From NCBI GenBank assembly GCA_964016885.1, contig OZ024741.1, forward strand, positions 197,160,001-197,224,000: 64,000 nt of DNA, given 5' to 3'. Position 1 is the stretch's first letter. Every line of letters starts with the position of its first letter. Made by a program: the position numbers and the translations under genes. The notes beneath the pieces are model-generated. The model ran no database searches, was not told where the DNA came from, and worked only from the letters and a program-made list of their open reading frames with translations. Source of the stretch: Eledone cirrhosa (Eukaryota). This document shows, in pieces, positions 53,150-64,000 of this stretch.

Positions 53150-55493
53150 GGTCATATAGCTCATTCTGGAGCTATATGAATCATGAAACAGACAACCAAA
53201 ACATGCCTGGTTTATACAAAGCTTTATTGCTGACTCATGAAGTCTCGACACGTGAGAGTCCTCTCTCTTAGCTTCAGTTCCGTAGTGTTGCACTGTGGGA
53301 ATCGTTATCACTGCAATCACACTCAATGTTTGTCTTTTAAATCATACTGCACAAGTCCTACTTAGCTCCCCACAGAACTATTGATCGTTAGTGGAACTGA
53401 TATGGTACTCTCATTACCTTTCCTGTGTGTGTAGTCAACTGGTTCTTCAGCAACTGTTCATCTTCAGGGGATGGTGTGGCTTGCTTAAAGTGGCCTCTGT
53501 GTGGTGGCTGGGCCACTTGGATGGAGCTATCAATGTCAAGGTGGGCTGGCTTCAATCTGTTGATTGAAACTGTGTCCTGCTGTCCTCTGACCAGGAGTTG
53601 AAATGACTTGTTCCCTGGTTGAACTACTTCCTACGGTGACTGAAGCAGTTTTCTCCATGCACTGCAATGAATAAACACAAATCTCACTTTTTGAAGACCA
53701 CTCAGGATAGAGGGTCTGTGTTGACATAGGGGTAGGGTGTAGTCAGCCTATGTGATCTCTCAATTATTCGAGGTGTCTTTTAGCATCGGGATCTGATTTT
53801 ATATTTGGAACAAATTCACCAAGTACTGTAAGATGAGCGCTGTACACCATTTCAGCGGAGGAAGCTTAAAGGTCTTCTTTTGGGGCTGTGTCAATTCCCA
53901 ACATGACCCATGGCAGCTGGTGGATCAAGTCAGGTCCATTAAGTCTAGTGATGAGGGTCTCTTTTAGGTGGCTTTGGAATTGTTCTATTAAGCCATTGGC
54001 CTGCTGTTGTGTTTTTTATGCTGATGTCAAAAAGCTCGCATATGTCATTCCACAGATTCAAGGTGAATTGGGCGCCTCAATCTGATAAGATGCTGTCTGG
54101 GACGCCAAAACGGTCAACCCAGTTTGCAACAAAAGCCCGGGTAACCTCTCATGTTTCTGTGCTGCTAAGAGGTATGGCCTCAGGCCGAGTGAATTGGTTC
54201 ACCATGGTCAGTAGGTATGAGTAACCCAGCGAAGGTGGTAGAGGACCAACAAGGTCTATGTTGACATGGTCAAAATGAGTTATGGCGCTTCATAGCTACT
54301 GAGAGGTGCTTTGGTATGTTGGTGGAGTTTGGCTTGCTGGCAGAGGTTACAGACCTTGGCCCACTCTCCGATTTGTTTGCCTATTCCATGTCAGATGAAT
54401 TTGCACAACATCAGTTGGTGTGTGGCTCAGCAATCAAGGTGAGAGAGTCTGGTGGATTGATTGGCCATGGTTCTCCAGTGGATATGTCGCAAAGGAGTGT
54501 TGTTCTGTTGAGGCCAAAATGTACATGGTGCAAAGAAAGTGAAATGGTTGCAGTGCTGTAGACCTTGATGTCATCGTCTGTTTGTTGAGCTACGGTCATA
54601 GCTTCATAGCCCAGACCTTCTGTCATCGATAGGAGATCTAGAAAGTGAGTCTGCCACTGGGCTACTTTTTAAAGAGATGTACTGGATGTCAGTGGTGTAT
54701 TTGGAAATGGCTAATAACTACCACTGCTGATGTGTGGACCAAGGCTCTGATGGTTTGTTCACGAAGGTGAGTGGTTTGTGATCTGTGTATATCGTGAATG
54801 GCTCATTGATGTATTGTTCCAAAATGCCACCCATAGCTGTATTGGATCGTGAGTGCGGTTGGTGCTGACATGTTGGTGTGGGAAAGCAAGCATCATGTCC
54901 ATTAGTTTGGAAGGCTTAGAATCACCTAATCCATTTGTTTCCAATATTCTGGCTGCTACCTCATGTTCACTCAATCTGAAGGTTTCCATGAGCCTGTCCT
55001 TCAATTTCAATAGTCAGCAGCTTGACTAAGATGTCTAATATGTGGGTTGTGTCTCTTTGTCTAAAGCTGCTGTTACATACGCATATTGTGTTAAATCGTT
55101 TGTGAGCCTTTTCATGGTAAACTGTGCCTCAGCCTGTGCAAACCATATTTTGGCTCTTTTTGGCCAGAATTGGAGTAGGTTCAGTGCAACGATGTTTTCG
55201 TATGTCATGATCATGTTGGGGTCCCCAGATATAACTAGTTCCGGAGCTATGAATCATGAAAAAGATAACCAAAATACTATCTTCACGTTTATACAAAGTC
55301 TTTTAACCCTTTAGCATTTAAACCGACTGTATCCAGTCAGAATTCTCTCACCGCTTTCTGTTCAAAATGGCTGAAACTGGCCGCTCATACTGATGTTAAG
55401 GTATTGTTCTCAAAATAAATAATATCAAAATATCATAGTAAATATAGAGTACTGTAAATGCTAAAGGATTAAGTCATACTGCACATGTTCTAC
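53150..55493 (-). mobile_element. Internally deleted Gypsy LTR retrotransposon
   Basis: Two related LTRs (about 53150-53362 and 55228-55493), PBS-like TGGGGACCCC, PPT GGGGGAGC, gag FWPKRAKIWFAQAEAQF, and RNaseH-end/integrase remnants at 53780-54800. Protease and RT are missing. Confidence 0.88.
55307..55468. mobile_element. piggyBac-type MITE inside the Gypsy 5' LTR
   Basis: TTAA TSD at 55303-55306 and 55469-55472, TIR CCCTTTAGCATTTA / TAAATGCTAAAGGA. Absent from the other LTR. Confidence 0.9.
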
Positions 55494-55777
55494 AGTCACA
55501 AGCTATGGTGATAGAACTTTAATGGTTCAATAAATTGATTAGTTTATTAATGAACTATTTGATGGATTGATTATCTTAGTTGTGATGATATGATTTGTTT
55601 TATAACATCACTTTCTTCTCTTTGATTTGATTCCTTTTTATTCTTATTCGTTCTGTTCTTGTTTGTTGTATTGTTGACCCATACTAATTTCTTCTCTTAT
55701 TGACTCTTTCTATATTATTCTAGATTGAATAAAAACCTTTGATTTGGTACAAAATAATACAACATTATTAATAAAAC

Positions 55778-55903
55778 GTCCCCTTACGATCTGAGTTCAA
55801 ATCCTGCCGAGGTTAACTTTGCCTTTCATCCTTACGGGGTCGATAAAATAAAGTACCAGTAACCTACTCGGTTTTTGCTGGCCTTGTGCCAAATGTAGAA
55901 ACA
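55778..55903 (+). mobile_element. 5'-truncated SINE-A with TSD
   Basis: ATTATTAATAAAAC duplicated at 55764-55777 and 55904-55917. Confidence 0.9.
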
Positions 55904-57484
55904 ATTATTAATAAAACCTAATTCAAATTTAACTGTTCTATATCAAGTATCTAGTGTGCTCTGAGATGATCTTAAGGTAAACACGCAGCGGCAGAGGGAG
56001 TAAGAAAGTGTTTTAATACTGTAAAATGTGTGAGTTGAGGGTGATTTGGCTGCTATTTCTAGCAGTTAGAACGATTCACGTACACAGAGAGGCACATATG
56101 CACACACACATTCATATATTAGTTTTAGAGAATGAATACCGTTTTAATTTTTAAAGAATCTGGTCACAACACAAAATTACTATAATTTTATACGAAATTA
56201 TAGTTACTTTTTGTTTGTCCCAACTTCGTTTCGACTACTTCAATATGGCACGATGCTCGCGACGCTGTTTCGAAAATGTTCTGGTCGTTTTTTACTCATT
56301 TCTAGAAATAGTGGACCCAAACGGTTTCTGAATGGGCAGAAGGTACGCAAAAGTGTTTTACTTTTAATTTTGTTTCTCGCCTATGGAATTCTCTTCCGGA
56401 TTCAATCGTTCCTGACTAGTTTGCAAAAATTCAAAAGCAACATCAATCGTCATATTTTCCTCTCCTTGAATTATATTCTCAGTGTCTTGTTCTTTACTCT
56501 TCCCAGTAACCCCTTGCTTTTCAGTGGCTTTGTTGCCTTACTTGGGGTGAGTAAATAAATAAATAAAATGAGTTAAATCCTGTTGCTAGAAAACGTAATA
56601 CAAAACAATACTCTCAAATATGACTTCCATTTTTAATATTTCGGCTTAAATAAGCTCTAATTATTATTATATATTCTTTCTTCGTTGTAGTGTTTATATT
56701 TTCTAATGTTGCATGTCCATTTGTATCTTGAAATTATTTTTGAATAAAACTTTAAACACTTATTTTGCAACTTCATATACAAAAAGCATCACACTCCTCT
56801 CTCAAATCTCCGTTTTATATATTAATTACGGACACATTTTTAATGAGTTACGAACAATTCTTTTTATATGAATTACAAATAATTTTTTTCATATGAATTA
56901 TGGACATTTGTTTTATGTGTTACGGTCAGTTTTCCGTAACTTATTGAGGAGAATTCCAATGTTTTCTCAAGGGCATCACGTGAACGTGAAACGAATTGCC
57001 TACAACTGGAATCAAGTCGAAGATTCGACTTTCCTGTCCTGTTTTGAGTTTCTCCATCACTTTAACATGAAATATTAATATCAACATGTCTAAAACAGAC
57101 CTTACGTATATCACCTATCACAATACAAGACAATTAGGAAGCGGTAAACAAGAACACTAAATGAAAGGTAAGCTAAAACAAAACCTAGCTAACGTAGTCG
57201 CTCGACCTGCTGGTTATAGCTAACCAAATCGTATCTTATAATAATAATTGTTTCTACTTTAGGCACAAGGCCAGCAATTATCCAGTGCATTACTGGTACT
57301 TTATTTTATCGACAATGTAAGGATGAAAGGCAAAGTCAACCTCGGCGGGATTTGAACTCAGATCGTAAAGGGACGTAACTATGCTGGAAAGCATGGCGTC
57401 CGACCCTCTACCGATACTGCCAATAATAATAATTGTTTCTACTTTAGGCACAAGGCCAGCAAATACCCAGTGCATTACTGGTAC

Positions 57485-57715
57485 TAATAATAATAATGAA
57501 ATTATTGTGTACAGTGCTGAGGTGCATGTATAGTACATAGAATAATGAACAAGTGTCAGGAAAGTGAACAGTGTACGAGTCATGATATACATGTGTGCGT
57601 GTGTATTGAGGGGGATATCAGGTGTGATGTTGGCGAATTTCAGGAAGCATGGAGGTTTTAAAGGATGCAGTGTCTCGGCAGCTAACAATTGATGCAGGTA
57701 GTTTGTTCCATGCTT
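57485..57715 (-). mobile_element. CR1/L2-type LINE 3' end
   Basis: Minus strand reads WNKLPASIVSCRDTASFK, then a UTR and (TTA)n tail. An adjacent exact 34-bp tandem duplication lies at 57704-57771. Confidence 0.7.
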
Positions 57716-58093
57716 CAGGAAAGGACACATTGACTAATGTTCCATGCTTCAGGAAAGGACACATTGACTAATGTAATCGCAGATATAGCCCTTAAAATAC
57801 AACTATGACTAGACGTGGAACTAAAATGCAACAAAAAACATTAAAAAAAAGTTTTATAACTTTATAAAGGAGCAGCTAAATGCAGACGATGAAATACTTT
57901 TCGAAATAATCAGTAAAGGTTAATAAAAACGATAAAAATGTATTTACGATTAAAAAATTCGAAATAGGGAAGAGCCATTTTTTGACTGTTGTTAATGCAA
58001 GGGAGACAATCATATTACATGCTATATCTGCAAGAATGAACTCCGTGAGTTGGACTGGCTCTTCCAGTGCATCTCCTTTGCTATCATCTAAGG

Positions 58094-60507
58094 CAGGGGT
58101 TCCCAACCTTTTTGTCGTTATCGCCCACTTTTCCACACACAAAAATTCCCATCGCCCACCTGTGCAGGAATTTTAAGGACGCAAAAATAAAGCATTATTC
58201 AGAACGGTTGCTTAAAAAATGAAATATTTATTGAGATGAAATATTGCAAAATGGGCATTCGAAGTTGAAACGTTATTCAGAAGAATGAAGTTTTTGATTG
58301 CTAAATGTTTCTCAATGAAACAAAATTGAAAAATGATACATGTATTAAATGTTCACCAAACTCACCATGTTTAGTTTTCAGTGTGATCCTTGAGGCTGAT
58401 CCGATGCAGCTAGTGCAGACACATTTGGTTGCAAACTTGTCAATTTTAATCGCAAGTCTCCTCGTTTGGCTACATCCAGTCCACTTCTGCTTTTAGAAAT
58501 TAAAGTACCAACGTGACTTAAACCAGATTCGACCAAGTACGACCTTGAGAACGCAAGCAAAATTAATTTCAAATGCTTCCATAGGTTGGTGTAAGAATTC
58601 AATATACTTTGATGATACCACAAGCCTTCTTTGCCATGAAGCCGATATCGCATTGTGGCCTCATTATCATTTTCCAATTCAATTAGCTCCTCCTGAACGT
58701 TGTCCTCGCAATAGACTGCTTGGACTTCAAATGGATTGCTATACCAATTTGGAATATTCAATGTAATAACATCTTGAAATCGCTCCACCATGTCATCATG
58801 CAATGATTGTAGATAGTCACGATGGGTAACGATATCCTCATCAACCAATTCATCTTTCAAAGAATCCAGTTGTGGAAATTGATACAATTGACGTTTGGAA
58901 ATGTTTATTTTATACAGGACCAATTTCGAAATGAAGGCGGTGATAAATGATTTACAGTCGACTAGAGTTTTTTGCTTTCCTTGCAACAACTTAATCAAAT
59001 CATTAAGTTTAGTGAATATATCGCTCAGAAAAAAAAATATCGCGCTTTGCAGCAATCAATGAAGCTGACAGGAGTACTTTCAAAGAAAGATATGATCATA
59101 TGAAACAGTTCAACAAAGCAAACAATACAGTTGCCCTTTGACAGCCATCGTACTTCGGTATGGTACAAAAGCCTAACAAAGTCATCATCATTATCGAAAC
59201 ACAGTTGACGGAAAATTCGTCAGACAAGGAATTTGATTTCAGTTTATTTACAGTCTTGCTAACCAACTGCAGCGCATCATTCAACCGACCATTGATATTT
59301 TTTGCCACTAAATGTTGTCGGTGTATCACACAATGAACTGTTAAAATCTGTTGAGAAATTTCACGCTTTAGGAGGGATGAAAAACCTCTGTATCTTCCAA
59401 CCATAGAAGGGGCCCCATCAGACGCACAGGCAATAATATTGGTCAGTGGGATATGATGTTCAGAAAGGAAACGCTTAAGCATATCGAAAATAGATGTACC
59501 TTTTGAATCAAGCAGCAAGTTCTCTATGAACAGCATTTCCTCACAAGGTTGAAGGTATTCATTGAAATATTAAACATAAACACATCGGTGGCCATTTCAT
59601 CTATTCGTCGAGAAATTGTATTGTTACTAAGTGGAATTTTCTTGATAATTGTGTCGAACTTATTGTGCATTACAGTTGACAGAACTTCAATGACAGGTCG
59701 AAGCAATGTTTCCCCTATAGTGTGGGACTTCCCGGTCTTTGTGACCAGTAATGCAATATGGTACAACGCAATCATACCGTCATTTTCCTGTACAGTTGCT
59801 TCCCTAAACATCGTGTTCAGTGTTTTCCACTTTTCGAAAGAGGCCTTAAGTTGCAAAAAATATGACAATGGTTTGTCTTTTTTGTCAGAATGCTTGGAAT
59901 CAAAATGATATTTCAAGCGTGAAGGTTTCATGGCTTCATTGCTCAAAGTTTGCTGGCATAGAAGACACATGGGTAATTGACAGTTCTGAGGAGAAGCAAT
60001 AAATCCATATGATAAATAATCAATGCTGTACTGGCGACAAGTTTTCTTTACCGGAGGCATCAGGGAAGTTAAAATTCGAAAAAAGAATTCATAGAGGCGG
60101 AATTGGCGAAGGCAGAAATTCACGATACGCGACAACAGCAGTGTTAACACGTTTTGCCGTTGGTCTTGTGTCATCACCTGTTTTAGCTTACCGATGCACG
60201 CGGATGTGTGCGCGTCCAATGCGAGCTGTCCATGTGAGCTGTTCGGCAGCCGTAAACTGCTAGACATGAATCAGTTGAAAACAGATGAATTACAATCATA
60301 CAGCTGGATACTACTTCTTTAGTCTAGACTAGGGAAGAGGGAATCCGAGCTCTGTGATTACAGCATACCAGCCATTATATGATCAATAACATACTTAATT
60401 ACCGAAAATCCTTGGTCGCCCACCATTTCCTAAAAATTCGTTCATCGCCCATCCGATAGTTCAGATCTCCCACCGGTGGCCGATATCGCCCAGGTTGGGA
60501 AACTCTG
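58094..60507 (-). mobile_element. Young hAT transposon (Buster/Charlie, ZBED5/SCAND3-like transposase), frameshifted
   Basis: Perfect 8-bp TSD ATCTAAGG (58086-58093, 60508-60515), TIRs 14/16 and ATCGCCCA subterminal repeats. Transposase 60060-58378 is in three frames: BED finger CLLC..MKPSRLKYH, SDGAPSM, HCVIH, YLVESG, DLRLKL. Confidence 0.96.
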
Positions 60508-61039
60508 ATCTAAGGTAATGCATTCGGAATTCTGTGCGCTGATGTTTGCAAAAGAAATAAGATGGTAGTTCTCATATGCTTAACAATTATGCTATATTAT
60601 CTGTCTTTTATGGCTGTCTCTTATTTTGTAACTTTTCGTTAATTTAGAAGTACTAACCTTTCAGAGTCTCAACTGAGTAAGCAAGCCAGCCAGCCTTTCC
60701 ACCAGTGTTTTCCAAACCTTTTTTCAGACTACTGTCCTCTTTAAAAGCTTATATCTATGAGCCCCTTCCCACATAATTTCAGTAAAAAATTTCCTCTCAC
60801 AAGGCATTGGTCAACCCAAGGCTATAGTAAAAGACAATTACACAAGGTGCCATGCAGTGGAATCAAACCAAAATCTCTGCAACTCTGTGCTTGCAAAGTG
60901 AACTTCTCAACCACATAACCATATCTGTGCCACTGAAAATGAAATGTTAATATATTTTGATTATCTGCTGTATATAGCAGTTATTAAACTGTCCGGTACC
61001 TAGGGGATCAGATTAGCATGGGAGGGAGAGGGGGTGTTC

Positions 61040-61600
61040 TCAGGCCATAGTATCTAGAATAAGGATGGGTTGGAAGAAGTTTAGGGAGCTGCTTCCTCTG
61101 TTGACAAAGAAGGGTTTCTCCCTGCGTACGAAAGGACGGTTATATGATGCCTGTGTGAGATGCGCGATGCTGCATGGTAGTGAGACATCGGCAGTAACTG
61201 CGGAAGATATGCGACAGCTGGAGAGAAATGAAGCAAGCATGTTCCGTTGGATGTACAATGTCAATGTGTGTGAACGACCAAGCATAGACGAGTTGAGAAA
61301 GAAACTGGGTATAAGAGGGATAAGTTGTGGTATACAGGAGAGAAGACTGAGATGGTATGGACATGTGATGTGCATGGAAGATGACCGCTGGGTAAAGAAG
61401 TGCCAAGAAATCCTAGTAAAAGGAAGACAGTAGAGGTAGACCACGAAAAACATGGGCGGAGGTGGTGGGAGCAGACCTCAGATCGCTGAAACTCACCGAG
61501 GAGATGACGAATGACTGTGACAAGTGGAGAGATGCTGGGCTGAATAGGACCCGTCCAACCCTTGCAAGCAGAGAAAAGCGGACGTAAAATTATGATGATA
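61040..61600 (+). mobile_element. RTE LINE 3' fragment (relative of the PHD-RTE, short 3' UTR)
   Basis: GWKKFRELLPLL..GRLYDACVR..MLHGSET..RLRWYGHV and an (ATG)n tail. Confidence 0.92.
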
Positions 61601-63556
61601 TACAAGTAGACATTTTTAAAGTACTGTTAATGTTTCATGAAAATAAATTCTTGGATGGCAACTAGAGATAAACACCATGAAGATCATCCAACAAATAGCC
61701 AACTCCATTCACCAAAGGACTATCCAACTAAACATTCCAACAAACTACTGTCTTAGACACAAAACCTGGCTGGAAACTAGGAATAGCAAGGTACATATCT
61801 TCCATTTGCATTATGCTAAGATCCACTGGAGCTCTGAAGTTTCAGACAATGTAAAAATTAATACCTGAATAGCAGACCTGGTAAAGGTAATGAAGAACAT
61901 GGACTGTGTGGTCTTAAAGAGTTAGAAAGACACAACACTTCATCCACTGCATGCAGTTCTCTGAATACAATCAAAGATACAGGATCAGAGTATACAAAAG
62001 AGCAAATCATGGAATAGAATAGAGGATAAAGATGGTAGTAGATTCAGTCAATTTGTGGTATGACTACAAAAAATACTGGAGTGTGATGTTTGTTCACACT
62101 GCTTTGAGTGGCAAATTAGCTTATAGATTTAGAAGGGCTTTAGATAACTAAAACTAAGGTAGTAGAAAAACTAGGAATTTCTATAATATCTATTATCTGC
62201 AGAACTTATTCATTTAAGAAAACCCTATGTACTAACAGAAATTGTATAGTTTTTAAGGTAAGCCCACAGATACACTGTAAAACTAGAAATGTTGTATGTA
62301 GTATAAGGTTTGCAGAGGGGCTGTAGAAACATGACCGCAAAATACATATGGGAAATGGCACACATAAGGGTGAAGAAGCAGTAGTAGGAACTCAAGGTCA
62401 TGAAAACTTATCAGTAGTCTACCAGCATCTCAAAGAAGAACATAGTGATTCACTAGAAAACATTCTTTGCCTTTCATCCTTACGGGGTCGATAAAATAAA
62501 GTACCAGTAATGCACTGGGTAATTTGCTGGCCTTGTGCCTAAAGTAGAAACAATTATATCTATGAACTGAACAGGCAGATTAAGGAAGTCAAATGTCACA
62601 GAAAGTCAACCCAGCAAGAATAGAGTAGCAATAAACCCACAACCTAGTGATTGATGGCAAAAATATTATGACACATAAGAATAAATACAATGGTGTGCAC
62701 AAACACATAAACCCATTCTCGATAAAATGCAGGAATAGAATAATAACTATCTAGATGTGAATGAATGCATAAACAGAGACATGCACATAAGTAAAGGTAC
62801 ATGAAAACTGGTGGGAAATTTACCTGAGCATACACAAATACAAATACACCACACATGTAGATAAAACATACACATACACAAACTTGGTGAAGAAACAAGG
62901 TATAAAGGCACACACAAACATGGACATACATACATGCATAAATATGCCAAAGACTGAAGCTTACAGCAGTAGCATTACATGAAGACACATACACAAATAC
63001 ACAGAAGCACACACACACATGCACATACCACATATATATACCATAGAAAGACAAGAAGCAGTAAATACATCAAAATCAAAATGAAGAGGAGACAAGAAAG
63101 AATAACTATTGTGAGGGTCACAGAATGTGTGACAAAAGAGCTTTGAGAATCACACATGAGAATTGAATAACCATCTACTAAACTGAGGAATGGATTGGTT
63201 ACCTAACTAATAATAAAATTGACATGAAATGTGTGTTTATGTTGGTAGCATAGTTTTGAAATTCTCGTGAGTGAAAAATATATTTATAATGTTTTAATAT
63301 TTTGATATTTAAAATGTTTTAAGTGTCATTTAGAGTATAGTTTTTGTGAAGGCCATATTCATTCAAAACATGAAAAACAATAGGAAATACGAATTTCACG
63401 TTGAAAGTGAAACTGGTGTAATATTCACCTCTAAAGCAAAAATATTTTAACACCTCATTTACATAAAATTTTGAAGTTGGGGAAAATCGCCAAAATATTG
63501 ACCTCCCCATTCTGCCATCGACTTTTTTGACACATATTTCTTGGTTTATATATGGT

Positions 63557-63716
63557 ATTTCTGTGAAAAGCAGCTTTGATAAAAAGTTGCTCTGATGAAA
63601 AGTAGTTCAATAGAAAGTTGTTTTAATAAATACTCATTTGATAAAAAGTCATTTTGATAAAAAAACAATTTAGATAAAATATTATTTTGACAAAATGTCA
63701 TTTAATGAAAAGTCAT
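63557..63716. repeat. Degenerate ~16-bp tandem array (TTTGATAAAAAGTCAT-like), about 10 units
   Basis: Periodicity visible by eye. Confidence 0.7.
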
Positions 63717-64000
63717 ATCTTGGCTTCTTGTTCCAGTTAGCAGATACATCTTTTGTATATGAAAAATTGACCAATGGATGTGACAGCTTGTTGTTTTGAC
63801 TAATGTCTTAAATTACCTATAATTATCTTCACCATTGTTTGAGTTTCAGTGAATATAGAGATTGTTTTCTCACATATATACACCTTGACCCCAAGAAACA
63901 TGAGTTATTGTTTTGTTCCTAAGACACTAAGAAATATGAGCTTATGTTTTATTCTTAAGAAATATGAGGTTAGATTTTATTTTTTAGACCCTAAAACATA

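Noticed and set aside
62640-63060. Cys/Val/Tyr-rich ORFs
   Set aside because: Degenerate (CA/TA)n low-complexity sequence; the same applies to 48440-48980.

Overview
AT-rich, repeat-dominated eukaryotic DNA, not prokaryotic. The SINE/LINE/microsatellite mix looks molluscan, probably an octopod cephalopod; that is an inference and was not tested. Most of the window is transposon debris. Retroelements: a near-complete RTE LINE (5.9-10.1 kb) with a PHD-type zinc finger inside its reverse transcriptase, other RTE copies, a Tx1/L1-like LINE, restriction-like-endonuclease LINEs (R4/Dong-, CRE- and HERO-like), an internally deleted Gypsy LTR element and tRNA-derived SINEs. DNA transposons: hAT, mariner, piggyBac-MITE and probable Sola remnants. 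A minimal Penelope-type hammerhead ribozyme motif is also present. Two CpG-retaining zones (about 24.3-30.6 kb and 55.7-60.6 kb) hold exon-like unique sequence on the minus strand. The first gives a phase-consistent multi-exon gene or pseudogene candidate with a signal-peptide-like start. No intact host gene could be named, and no clearly new biological system is proven. The best leads are the PHD-in-RT RTE family with a SINE-like 3' UTR module, the orphan gene candidate and the hammerhead.
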